64,000 bases of DNA. Origin: Polyangiaceae bacterium. GTDB taxonomy: Bacteria > Myxococcota_A > Polyangia > Polyangiales > Polyangiaceae. Made by a program: the position numbers and the translations under genes. Positions 9,640-18,647 of this stretch are shown here, piece after piece; within the stretch, counting starts at the first letter, position 1, and the number at the start of each line of letters is the position of its first letter. The notes beneath the pieces are model-generated. The model saw only the letters and a list, made by a program, of their open reading frames with translations, was not told the DNA's origin and ran no database searches. Where the stretch lies: the NCBI GenBank assembly GCA_044222475.1, contig JBGANF010000013.1:32356-96355 (forward strand), read 5' to 3'.

Positions 9640-12380
9640 GCAAGGTGCGCGTATACGAAGCTGCGAAGCAGCTCAACGTAGACCCGAAGGCGGCGGTGGC
9701 ACTGTTCCAAGCGATCGGCATCGCCGACGTGCGGAACCACATGAGCTCGGTCGAACCCGAAGCCATCGAGCGCGTGAAGCGCCACATGGAAAAGGCCAAG
9801 ACGCACGACGTCGTCGAAGAGCGAATCCGGCCGACCGTCGTGAAGCGACGTGCCGTCGCCAAGACCGAAGGCGCGTCGACGTCCGCACCGGCGATCCCGG
9901 CGCCGCCGCCGTCGATGCCGCAGATCGCGCCTCCTCCTCCGAGCGTGACCGAGACCAACGGACACGGCGCGCGCGAGCGCGAGTCGGGCCGCCTCCCCGA
10001 GATCCCCGCCGAGCGCAAGAGCGCGCGCGCGGTCGAGCCCGCGGCCGTTCCGCCCGCGCCTCCGTCGTCGCGCAAGAGCACCCGCTCGCTCGACGTGCCC
10101 GAGGCCCCGAAGAGCCAACCCAAGAAGTCCACGCGCAGCGTCCCGCGCCTCCCTGAAGACGAGCCGGTCGAAGCAGCCGCTCCGGTCGAGGTCGCGCCGC
10201 CGCCGTCGCCGCCGCCGCCCCCGCCGGTCGAGGTCGCGCCGCCCTCGCCGCCGCCTCCTCCTCCCGCCGCACCCGAGGTCGAAGCGCCTCCGGCCCGCTC
10301 CACCGCGCCGAAGACCGGCGTCGAGTACTGGGCCGGTCGTCCCGGCGTCCCGATGCCGACCCCCGCGTCCGCTCCGCGCACCGCGATCGGTGGCGGTCCC
10401 GCTGGCGCGATGCCGCGTCGCGTTCAGTACGATCCGCGAAGCGGAACGTCCGGCGGCATGGGCCGTCCGGGTGCGCGCCCGCCGATGCAGGGCGGTCGCC
10501 CCGGCATGCAGGGTCGCGGTCCGCACTCGCGCCGCCCCGGCCAGATGGGCATGCAGCCGATGCGCACCCGCTCGGGGGTCGTCTCCACCCAGGAGATGAG
10601 CGCGCACAAGAAGGTCATCCGCATCGAGGAGAACATCACCCTCGGCGCGATGGCCGCGAAGATGAGCCTCAAGGCCACCGAGCTCCTGATGAAGCTCCTC
10701 GGCATGGGGATGACCGGCATCCACATCAACAGCACGCTCGACGCGGACACCGCGAAGATCCTCGCCTCGGAGTTCGGCTGGGAAGTCGAAGACGTCGCGG
10801 TCAGCGAGGAAGACAGCCTCGCCGCCGCGCGTGGCGAAGACTCGACCGCTCCGGCGGCCATCGTCGACGAAGGCGCAGAGACGCGCCCGCCCGTCGTCAC
10901 CGTCATGGGTCACGTCGACCACGGCAAGACGAGCCTCCTCGACAAGATCCGCAAGGCGAACGTCGCCGCGGGCGAAGCCGGCGGCATCACGCAGCACATC
11001 GGCGCCTACAAGGTGACGACCCCGAACGGCGTCATCGTCTTCCTCGACACGCCGGGCCACGAAGCGTTCACCCAGATGCGCGCACGCGGCGCCAGCGTGA
11101 CCGACATCGTCGTCCTCGTCGTTGCAGCCGACGACGGCGTCATGCCGCAGACGAAGGAAGCCGTCTCTCACGCGAAGGCGGCGAAGGTTCCGATCATCGT
11201 CGCGGTGAACAAGATCGACAAGCCGGGCGCCGAGCCCGAGCGCGCCCGTCGCGAGCTCGTCGAGCTGGGCCTCCAGCCGGAAGACTGGGGCGGCGACACG
11301 ATGTACGTGAACGTCTCCGCGCTCACCGGCGAAGGCATCCCGCAGCTCCTCGAAGCGATCGCGCTTCAATCCGAGGTCATGGAGCTCAAGGCCAACGCGA
11401 AGAAGCCGGCGAGCGGCGTCGTCCTCGAGGCCCTCCTCGATCGCGGTCGCGGTCCGGTCGCGCGCGTCCTCGTTCAGGACGGCACGCTCAAGGTCGGCGA
11501 CTTCGTCCTCGCGGGTCCCGGCTTCGGCAAGGTCCGCGCGATGACGAACGAGCACGGCAAGCAGATCCACGAGGCAGGGCCGGCGACTCCGGTCGAGATC
11601 CTCGGCTTGTCCGACGTGCCGGGCGCCGGCGACGCGGTCCACGCCGTGCGCGACGCGAAGAAGGCCCAAGAGATCGCCGAGAGCCGCAAAGGGAAGATGG
11701 CGAAGAGCCTCATCCCGGCGACGGCCAAGGTGTCCCTCGAAGAGCTCTCGCGCAGCCTCAGCGAGACCGATCAGCGCGATCTTCGCCTCATCATCAAGGG
11801 CGACGTGCAGGGCTCGGTCGAAGCCGTGGCCGACGCGCTCGCGAAGCTCTCCACCGATCGCGTGAAGTGCTCGATCATCCACGCCGGCGTCGGCGCAATC
11901 ACCGAGGGCGACATCAACCTCGCCATCGCGGCGAAGGCGATCGTCATCGGCTTCAACGTGCGCCCGGCCGGCAAGGCCAGCGCGCTCGCCGAAGAGAACC
12001 AGATCGAGATCCGCACCTACTCGATCATCTACAACGCCGTCGATGACGTCCGCTCCGCGATGGAAGGCCTCTTGCCCGCCACCCTGGTCGAGAAGGTCAA
12101 CGGTCGGGCCGAGGTTCGCCAGATCTTCAAGATCAAGAACCAGGTCATCGGCGGCTCGTACGTGGTCCAGGGCACCGTCAAGCGTGGCCCCGTCCGCGTG
12201 ATCCGCGGCAACGAGGTCCTCCACACCGGCAAGACCTCGGCGCTCAAGCGCTTCAAGGACGACGTCAAAGAGGTGGCCGAAGGCTTCGAGTGCGGCATCA
12301 GCGTCGAAGGCTGGACCGATCTGAAGGAGCTCGACATCCTGGAGAGCTTCGACATCGAAGAGGTCAAGCAGAAGCTGTGA
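9636..12380 (+). CDS. infB: translation initiation factor IF-2
   Basis: [32 protein letters not shown]; Pro-rich N-terminal linker. Confidence 0.99.
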   Translation: MSKVRVYEAAKQLNVDPKAAVALFQAIGIADVRNHMSSVEPEAIERVKRHMEKAKTHDVVEERIRPTVVKRRAVAKTEGASTSAPAIPAPPPSMPQIAPPPPSVTETNGHGARERESGRLPEIPAERKSARAVEPAAVPPAPPSSRKSTRSLDVPEAPKSQPKKSTRSVPRLPEDEPVEAAAPVEVAPPPSPPPPPPVEVAPPSPPPPPPAAPEVEAPPARSTAPKTGVEYWAGRPGVPMPTPASAPRTAIGGGPAGAMPRRVQYDPRSGTSGGMGRPGARPPMQGGRPGMQGRGPHSRRPGQMGMQPMRTRSGVVSTQEMSAHKKVIRIEENITLGAMAAKMSLKATELLMKLLGMGMTGIHINSTLDADTAKILASEFGWEVEDVAVSEEDSLAAARGEDSTAPAAIVDEGAETRPPVVTVMGHVDHGKTSLLDKIRKANVAAGEAGGITQHIGAYKVTTPNGVIVFLDTPGHEAFTQMRARGASVTDIVVLVVAADDGVMPQTKEAVSHAKAAKVPIIVAVNKIDKPGAEPERARRELVELGLQPEDWGGDTMYVNVSALTGEGIPQLLEAIALQSEVMELKANAKKPASGVVLEALLDRGRGPVARVLVQDGTLKVGDFVLAGPGFGKVRAMTNEHGKQIHEAGPATPVEILGLSDVPGAGDAVHAVRDAKKAQEIAESRKGKMAKSLIPATAKVSLEELSRSLSETDQRDLRLIIKGDVQGSVEAVADALAKLSTDRVKCSIIHAGVGAITEGDINLAIAAKAIVIGFNVRPAGKASALAEENQIEIRTYSIIYNAVDDVRSAMEGLLPATLVEKVNGRAEVRQIFKIKNQVIGGSYVVQGTVKRGPVRVIRGNEVLHTGKTSALKRFKDDVKEVAEGFECGISVEGWTDLKELDILESFDIEEVKQKL

Positions 12381-12384
12381 GCCC

Positions 12385-12702
12385 ATGCACGTCGGAGTGA
12401 TGCGGTTGTCTCTCCACGTGCCTCACGCGCGTTCGCTCAAGGACAAGCGCAGCGTCGTGCGTCGCTTCCGCGACCGCGTCCGCGCTCGGTTCGACGTGTC
12501 CATCGCCGAGGTCGACGCGCAGGATCTCCTGCAGCGCGCGGTCTTCGGCGTGAGCGTCGTGTCGTCGGATCACGCGGTGTGCGAGCGCCTGCTCGAGCAG
12601 GTCGCGCGCGAGGCCGAGACCCAACCGGACGCGGTCCTCCTCGACCGCAGCACCGAGATCATCCCCTTCGGGGACGAGCTGTACGGAGACAGTGATGGCT
12701 GA
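12385..12702 (+). CDS. DUF503 (YlxP-like) protein
   Basis: SLKDKRSVVR…FDVSIAEV.QD; between infB and rbfA. Confidence 0.93.
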   Translation: MHVGVMRLSLHVPHARSLKDKRSVVRRFRDRVRARFDVSIAEVDAQDLLQRAVFGVSVVSSDHAVCERLLEQVAREAETQPDAVLLDRSTEIIPFGDELYGDSDG

Positions 12703-13072
12703 AGTGAAGCGAGCAGTGCGAGTCGCAGCGCGAGTGCAGCAGGAGCTCGCGGAGCTCCTCCAGCGCAAGGTGAAGGACCCGCGAGTCGTCGGGGTCGTCA
12801 TCTCGCGCGTCGCCATGACCGACGATCTGCGGCTCGTCCGGGTGAAGTTTCGGCTGCTCGAGAGCAACGCCGACGAGCGTCGCGACGAAGCGCTCGAGGG
12901 CCTGCGCAAGGCGACGCCGCTCCTGCGTCGCGAGCTCACCCGCGCCGCCGGTCTCCGGGTCGCGCCCGAGATCACGTTCTTCCACGACGACGGGATCGAC
13001 GACGTGCTCAACGTCGAGCGGCTTCTCCACGAGATCGCGACCGAGAAGAAGAAGAAACCGAAGAACGGATGA
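12695..13072 (+). CDS. rbfA: ribosome-binding factor A
   Basis: KRAVRVA…KDPRV…DLR…LRVAPEITFFHDD. Confidence 0.96.
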   Translation: MAEVKRAVRVAARVQQELAELLQRKVKDPRVVGVVISRVAMTDDLRLVRVKFRLLESNADERRDEALEGLRKATPLLRRELTRAAGLRVAPEITFFHDDGIDDVLNVERLLHEIATEKKKKPKNG

Positions 13073-13686
13073 CGGCGCGGATCGAGCAGCTTCGGGTGCT
13101 CCACGCCGAGCTTGCACGGTGCACCAAGTGTCCCAACATGGTACGACCGGTCGTCCACGGTCCGGCCATCGAGACGCCGATCTTCGTCCTGGGTCAGGCG
13201 CCAGGCCCGCGCGAAGGCGCGCTGGGGCGGCCGTTCGCGTGGACGGCCGGCAAGACGCTGTTTCGGTGGCTCGCCGAGCCGACCGGCGCGGACGAAGACA
13301 CGATTCGCCGCCGCGTCTACTTCGCCGCGGTCGCGCGGTGTTTTCCGGGGAAGGCCAAGGGCGGCGGCGATCGCAAACCCGACCCGACCGAAATCGCCGC
13401 GTGCAAACCGTGGCTCGAGCGCGAGACCCATCTTCTTCGCCCCGAGCTCGTCGTCCCGGTCGGCGCGCTCGCGATCGCCGAGGTCCTCGGCCACACCGGC
13501 AAGCTGGACGCGATCATCGGCACGAAGAAGCGCGCGCGCTATCACGGCGTCGACGTCGACGTGATCCCGCTCCCGCATCCCAGCGGCGCTTCGACGTGGC
13601 ATCGCGTCGAGCCGGGGGTCACGCTCCTCCGGCGCGCCCTGAACCTCCTCGCCAAACACCCCGCGATTCGAAGCCAGTTCCGCTGA
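13069..13686 (+). CDS. uracil-DNA glycosylase superfamily protein
   Basis: CTKC, GQAPG motif A, RCFPGK…GDRKP, LPHPSG motif B. Confidence 0.9.
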   Translation: MTARIEQLRVLHAELARCTKCPNMVRPVVHGPAIETPIFVLGQAPGPREGALGRPFAWTAGKTLFRWLAEPTGADEDTIRRRVYFAAVARCFPGKAKGGGDRKPDPTEIAACKPWLERETHLLRPELVVPVGALAIAEVLGHTGKLDAIIGTKKRARYHGVDVDVIPLPHPSGASTWHRVEPGVTLLRRALNLLAKHPAIRSQFR

Positions 13687-13704
13687 CTGAGCTATGCTCG
13701 ACCC

Positions 13705-15054
13705 GTGGGGAACCGCGCGCTCTGGGGAACATCGATGCTCGTCGCGGCGACCCTCGTCGCGTGCTCGCTCCTCACGAACCTCGGTGATCTCGATCGCACG
13801 CACGACGCGAGCGTCGGAGGCGACGGTGGGACGCCCGATGTCGCGCCCGACGGCGCGATCGTCTTCGACGCGAGCTTCGACGCCCTGGCGAACGACGTCT
13901 ACTCGATCGCAGTCGTGCCGTCGTTCATCGCGATCGACCCGGGCACGTCGGGCGACGTCACCGTCAACGCCACGCGCGCGAACGGCTTCACCTCGCCGAT
14001 CGTGCTGAGCTTGGTCAACCCTCCGAACGGCATCACGTTCAACCCCGCGACGATCTTCGGCGCATCGGCGACGCTCTCCATCTCCGTCGCGGCGAACGCG
14101 ATCGAGGGCAGCGAGGGCAACATCGAGGTCCGCGGCGATTGCGACGCCGGGCCGAGCAACGCGCCGCTGCGGGTGCGGATTGGTCACGTGCTCGAGTCGA
14201 TCGCGGCCGACAAGACGTTCAAGGTTCCGCCGGGCGTGACGAAGCTCGTCTTCAAGCTGTGGGGCGCGGGTGGAGGCGGCGGTTGCGACCTTGGCAACTC
14301 GGCGGGGACGCCTGGGAGCGGCGGAGCCGGTGGGTTCGCGTCGGGCACGCTCGACGTCGTCGCCGGCGAGGTTCTGACGATCGTCGTCGGGACCGGCGGC
14401 GGCGGAGCGCTCGGCGCGGCGGGGGGCGGTGGCGGCTACACCGCGGTGGCGCGCAACGACGGAGGGACGATGCTCCTCGTCGCGGGCGGCGGTGGAGGAG
14501 GTGGCGGCGTCGGATCCGGCAGCATCCTCGATGGTGCGAACGGCGGCGCTGGCGGCGGCGATGCCGGCGCGAACGGATCGAGCGCGGCGAGCGGGCAGGG
14601 AGCGACGGTGACGACGAACGGACTACCAGGAGCTCGCAACCCGCAGGTCTACAGCCCGGGGCTCGGCGGCAATCCGCTGCTCGGTGGTGACGGTTGGAGA
14701 GACCTGAACGTGGGCGTGACGGGCGCGGGCAAGCCGGGAGGCGGCGGAGGCGGAACGAGCTTCGGCGGCGCGCTCGGCGGCGGGGGCGGCGGCGGTGGTT
14801 GGCGTGGCGGCGGCGGCGGTGCCGGCGGTGATGCGAACACGTACGCAGCGGCGGCCGGCGGTGGAGGCTCCGGGTACGTCGCGCCGATCGTGCTCGGTCC
14901 TTCGGTGCTCGCTGGCGTCGCCAAGGTTCCCCCGATGACGACCGACAAAGCGTACGGCGTCGGAGTCGGCGTCGGCGGCAACGGCGCGCCGAGCGGCGGT
15001 GCGGCGGCGGGCTCGAGCGGTGGACCGGGACGTGTAGTCATCCTGTATCCGTGA
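13705..15054 (+). CDS. lipoprotein with Ig-like domain and glycine-rich domain
   Basis: LVAC lipobox; FKLWGAGGGGG…GGAGGF..G…LTIVVG.GG…GGGG.SGY glycine-rich pattern. Confidence 0.8.
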   Translation: MGNRALWGTSMLVAATLVACSLLTNLGDLDRTHDASVGGDGGTPDVAPDGAIVFDASFDALANDVYSIAVVPSFIAIDPGTSGDVTVNATRANGFTSPIVLSLVNPPNGITFNPATIFGASATLSISVAANAIEGSEGNIEVRGDCDAGPSNAPLRVRIGHVLESIAADKTFKVPPGVTKLVFKLWGAGGGGGCDLGNSAGTPGSGGAGGFASGTLDVVAGEVLTIVVGTGGGGALGAAGGGGGYTAVARNDGGTMLLVAGGGGGGGGVGSGSILDGANGGAGGGDAGANGSSAASGQGATVTTNGLPGARNPQVYSPGLGGNPLLGGDGWRDLNVGVTGAGKPGGGGGGTSFGGALGGGGGGGGWRGGGGGAGGDANTYAAAAGGGGSGYVAPIVLGPSVLAGVAKVPPMTTDKAYGVGVGVGGNGAPSGGAAAGSSGGPGRVVILYP

Positions 15055-15150
15055 ACGCAGCTGCGCTTCCGCAGTCGGTTCGGGTCCCACTCGGCCCCAC
15101 ATGAATCGGTGCGAATGAACGCCGGGTTCGCCCCGTCCGACGGTACACCT

Positions 15151-16254
15151 ATGGACATGCGAACCTCACTCCTCGCCATCCTCGCCGTCGCCGCTTGCGC
15201 CACGGCATGCCACAAGGGCTCCTCCACCACCGCCGACGGCGGCGGCGTGGCGTCGCTCCTCGCGCCCAAGGACGTCACCGCCGACTTCGCGTCGGCGCTC
15301 GTCGAGCACCACGAGAACGGCACGGTCGCGATGGTCGTCGGCCCGGACGGCAAGGCGAGCGCGCTCATCAAGAACGCCGACGGGACGGTGATGAAGGGCA
15401 AGATCACCGGCACGATGACGTTCGGGACCGGCGCCGATGCCAAGGCCGTCCCGGTCGAGGTGGAAGAAGGCACCGGCGTCGTGCGAGCCGCCGGACCTCC
15501 GCTGACCGCGGACGTGACGCCGGTGTCCTATGCCCTCGTCGTCGACGGCCAGCCTTGGAACGGTGCGGTGGAGCTTCCGCCTGCCGGCACGGCCGAGCTC
15601 GTCGCGACCGCGAAGCTCCAACCCGATCCCGCCACGGCAAAGGTCGGCCCGCACGGCGGCATCATCCAGGTCGTCGGGCCGGACCACATCGAGATCGTCG
15701 CCGACAAGGACGCGGGGCAAGCGCGCGTGTTCGTGTTGGACTCGGATCTCAAGCCGGTCGATCTCGGCGATCGCAAGGTGACCCTCGCGTTCCGCGACGC
15801 CGACGTCGAGGTGGTGCACCTCGTGCCGGAGCCGAAGCACCGCTGGCTCGTCGCGCCGGTCGTTCTCCACGACGACCCTGCGCGCATCACGGTCGTCGTG
15901 CACAACGGACCGGTCGTCCACTCGTGCATCGTCGGGTACACGCCGACGGCGCACCTCGTCGTCGTCTCGCCGAAGGCGCCGCGCACGCACGTCTTCGTCA
16001 CCGGTGTCTGGGCGTGGGGCCCGCGCGTGAAGGTGCGCGGTCACGGCCACGGTCACGGTCACTGGGAGTACGACGACGACGAGGACGTCGTGTTCGTCGG
16101 AGGCGCTCCCGGCGTGGTGGTCGCTCGACCGGGCGTCGTCGTGCAAGGACCGGGTGTCATCGTGGGCGGTCCGGCGATTCACGTCGGCGGTCCTGCCGTG
16201 CACGTCGGCGGCGGCGGTGGTGCCGTGCACGTGGGCGGACACGGGAAGCACTGA
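15151..16254 (+). CDS. hypothetical lipoprotein with His/acidic cluster
   Basis: ATAC lipobox; GPHGG motif; HGHGHGHWEYDDDED; PGVVV/HVGG tail. Confidence 0.72.
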   Translation: MDMRTSLLAILAVAACATACHKGSSTTADGGGVASLLAPKDVTADFASALVEHHENGTVAMVVGPDGKASALIKNADGTVMKGKITGTMTFGTGADAKAVPVEVEEGTGVVRAAGPPLTADVTPVSYALVVDGQPWNGAVELPPAGTAELVATAKLQPDPATAKVGPHGGIIQVVGPDHIEIVADKDAGQARVFVLDSDLKPVDLGDRKVTLAFRDADVEVVHLVPEPKHRWLVAPVVLHDDPARITVVVHNGPVVHSCIVGYTPTAHLVVVSPKAPRTHVFVTGVWAWGPRVKVRGHGHGHGHWEYDDDEDVVFVGGAPGVVVARPGVVVQGPGVIVGGPAIHVGGPAVHVGGGGGAVHVGGHGKH

Positions 16255-16330
16255 GTCCGAGCCTGAAACCGAATCGGAGTCCGAAACCGAATCGGAGTCC
16301 GAAACCGAATCGGAGTCCGAAACCGAATCG
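16253..16330 (+). repeat. degenerate hexamer array GAnnCn (18-mer unit GAGTCCGAAACCGAATCG), left flank of four-helix-bundle cassette 1
   Basis: Directly visible; starts inside the TGA of the upstream gene. Confidence 0.9.
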
Positions 16331-16334
16331 GTGA

Positions 16335-16364
16335 GCCGGGGCCCCGCTTCGCGCGGGCCCCGGT
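16335..16364. terminator. GC hairpin downstream of four-helix-bundle gene
   Basis: ccggggccc…gggccccgg stem; homologous hairpin at 44015-44041. Confidence 0.6.
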
Positions 16365-16369
16365 TGCCT

Positions 16370-16684
16370 TCAGTGAGCGAGCTTGTGCAGGGTGGCTGCG
16401 ATGCGGTCGAGCGCATCCATCGTGCGCTCGTCCCGCGCGATGTAGCCCCACCCGGCCGCGAGCTCGAGCGCCGCAAGTGTTTCCCGAGTGCTCCCGAGAG
16501 CCGTACGAAATCGCTGCCGTGTGTTCCCATCGCGAGGCCCAGAGCCTTCGGCAGTATTCAGCACGATGCTGGAAGCCGCGCGCCGAAGCTGCCGCCCCAG
16601 GTCTGCATCGTGAGCCATGACGGCCCTGACCACCGGAGCCAAGTCCCGAACCGTGTCCAACGCAAACGATTGAATCTGCAACAT
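16370..16684 (-). CDS. four helix bundle protein (23S rRNA IVP / Avd-like family), copy 1
   Basis: 104 aa, DLGRQLRRAASSIVLNTAEG…RFRTALGSTRET; AAGGAGA RBS before the ATG. Confidence 0.92.
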   Translation of the reverse strand: MLQIQSFALDTVRDLAPVVRAVMAHDADLGRQLRRAASSIVLNTAEGSGPRDGNTRQRFRTALGSTRETLAALELAAGWGYIARDERTMDALDRIAATLHKLAH

Positions 16685-16855
16685 GGTCTTTCTCCTTTGC
16701 CCCGGCGCACCTGCGCGAAGGCACGTTCGCCCCGCCACGGCGCGCAGGCCGGCTCAAGGCTGGCGCGCGCTTCGCGCGCCACCGCCGAAGGCGGCTTGGC
16801 CTTGAACCGGCCGAGCACCGTGGCACGATCGAACTGCCGAGCGAGGCCTAGTAAG
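16685..16855 (-). promoter_or_regulatory. conserved structured leader (long stem plus two apical hairpins; Frpo-like ssDNA promoter or ncRNA candidate), copy 1
   Basis: Homologous to 43540-43710 and 44363-44530 with compensatory substitutions. Confidence 0.8.
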
Positions 16856-16866
16856 CCGCGAGCGCC

Positions 16867-16925
16867 CTCGGACTCGGACTCGGACTCGGACTCGGACTCG
16901 GACTCGGACTCGGCCTCGGACTCGA
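16867..16925 (+). repeat. (CTCGGA)n hexamer array, right flank of cassette 1, inverted relative to the left array
   Basis: About 10 units; reverse complement reads (GAGTCC)n; abuts the kinase stop codon. Confidence 0.92.
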
Positions 16926-18518
16926 TCAGTGCTTGAACGGATCGTCCGGCAACCCGACGCTGTGATACGTCGGCGACGTCGCGGCGGTCCCGCCTGATGC
17001 CTTCGCCGTCGCGGAGCCCGGCGGCCGCGTGCCGGTGCCGGCCACCGGTTTGCCGGTCGGCGTCAGCTTCACCTCGAGCCGCGGCGTCGTCGTCGTGAGC
17101 GTCACCGTCTTCGATTCGTAGCCCGCGCGCGAGATGACGAAGTCGATCGACTCGCCATCGGCGAGCTCGACGATGACCGGCACCGCGACTTCTTTTCCGT
17201 CGCGCGTCACCTTGGCGTCGCGGGGCTCGACCGAGGCGAGCGCGACGGGCTTCTTCGCCGCGGGCGCCGTGGTCGTCGTCGCGGGTCCGGTCGCGACGCT
17301 TGCAGTCGTGGTCGTCGCGGTCGTCGTGGTGGCGGTCGCGGTCGGATCCGGCTGCGCCTGGGTCGTCGACGACTTGGCGAAGATCGCGACCACGATGGCG
17401 ATCGCGGTGACGACCCCGGCGATGCCGGCGATGAGCGGCAGGCGCGACCGTTTCGCTGCGCGCCCACCCGGTGTGCCCGGCACGGGCTCCGGCATGCCAC
17501 CGGCGCGGAAATAATCGGCCGGGACGTTGAACCCGCCCGAGCGCGCCATCATCTCGTTGACGGCTTCGGGCATGCCGCCCGCTTCGAGCGTCTCGAGATC
17601 CTTCACGAGCGCTTCCATCGTCGGGTAGCGCGCCTCGGCCTTCTTCGAGAGGCACTTGAGCACGATCGCGTCGAGGCCCGGCGGGATCTCCTGAGGCGCC
17701 GGAACGAGCGCGCGCATCGGGACCGGCGCCTTGTACATGTGCATCGTGAGGATGCCCATGAAGTTCTCCGCGTCGAACGGCACCTTGCCGGCCGCCATCT
17801 CGTAGAGCATGACGCCGAGCGAGTAGACGTCGGTCGATTGCGTCACCGTCGCGCCGGCGGCTTGCTCGGGCGACATGTAGTGCGGCGTCCCGAAGACGCT
17901 CCCCGCGCGGGTGAGCTTCGCCGATTCTCCGCCGACCTTCGCGATGCCGAAGTCGAGGATCTTCACGAAGTCCTTCTCTTGCCCGCGCGTGATGAGCATC
18001 ACGTTGTCGGGCTTGAGGTCACGGTGAATGATGCCGGCGGCGTGGGCCGCGCCGAGGCCTTGGGCGATCTGCTTGGCGATCTTCGTGATGCGCGACACCG
18101 GAAGCGGGCGCTGCGTGTCCATCACGTGGCTCAGGCTCGAGCCGTCGAGGAACTCCATCACGAAGTACGTCGCCCCGTCGGGGAGGACGCCGAAGTCCGA
18201 GATGTCGATGATGTGCTGGTTGCCGATCGCCGACGCGGCGCGCGCCTCTTGGAGGAACCGCTGCGCGACCTCGGCGTCGTTCTGCATCTCGCCGCGGAGG
18301 ACCTTCACGGCCACGCGCTTGTCGATCATCTTGTGACGCGCTCGGTAGACGAGCCCCATGCCGCCCTGACCGAGGACGCCTTCGATGAGGTACCGCCCGT
18401 CGATGACCTTGCCTACGAGGGCGTCGGGCGCAGCGACCGGGGGCGGCGCGCTGGTCGCACCGAGCTGCTCGAGCGGGGCCTGCCGGGTCTCCGAGTTGGC
18501 GAACTTCGTGTCACTCAT
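16926..18518 (-). CDS. membrane-anchored serine/threonine protein kinase
   Basis: LGQGGMG.VY, VAVKVL, HRDLKPDN, DFGIAK, GTPHYMSPEQ; TM helix, Thr/Ala linker and PEGA-like tail. Confidence 0.96.
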   Translation of the reverse strand: MSDTKFANSETRQAPLEQLGATSAPPPVAAPDALVGKVIDGRYLIEGVLGQGGMGLVYRARHKMIDKRVAVKVLRGEMQNDAEVAQRFLQEARAASAIGNQHIIDISDFGVLPDGATYFVMEFLDGSSLSHVMDTQRPLPVSRITKIAKQIAQGLGAAHAAGIIHRDLKPDNVMLITRGQEKDFVKILDFGIAKVGGESAKLTRAGSVFGTPHYMSPEQAAGATVTQSTDVYSLGVMLYEMAAGKVPFDAENFMGILTMHMYKAPVPMRALVPAPQEIPPGLDAIVLKCLSKKAEARYPTMEALVKDLETLEAGGMPEAVNEMMARSGGFNVPADYFRAGGMPEPVPGTPGGRAAKRSRLPLIAGIAGVVTAIAIVVAIFAKSSTTQAQPDPTATATTTTATTTTASVATGPATTTTAPAAKKPVALASVEPRDAKVTRDGKEVAVPVIVELADGESIDFVISRAGYESKTVTLTTTTPRLEVKLTPTGKPVAGTGTRPPGSATAKASGGTAATSPTYHSVGLPDDPFKH

Positions 18519-18647
18519 TTCGCGCGAGCCTCACTATAGACCCTCCCTCCAAAAAGACCCATTCTCGGGCCTCGACGCTCCTACCTTTGGCGACACGGAA
18601 CAATTGAAGGGTTCCACGTGCTACTGGTGCGTCTCGGGCCCCCCGCC

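Noticed and set aside
9189..12386. Very long antisense ORFs (1065 aa here; also 4238-6574, 29885-32044, 34851-37166)
   Set aside because: Shadow frames of real high-GC genes with no recognisable motifs.
16370..16684. Diversity-generating retroelement (Avd-like gene)
   Set aside because: No reverse transcriptase, and no TR/VR pair differing at adenines was seen in the window.
16821..16838. TGGCACG in the leader as a sigma54 -24 box
   Set aside because: The required GC at -12 (GG-N10-GC) is absent in all three copies (CT, AA, CG).
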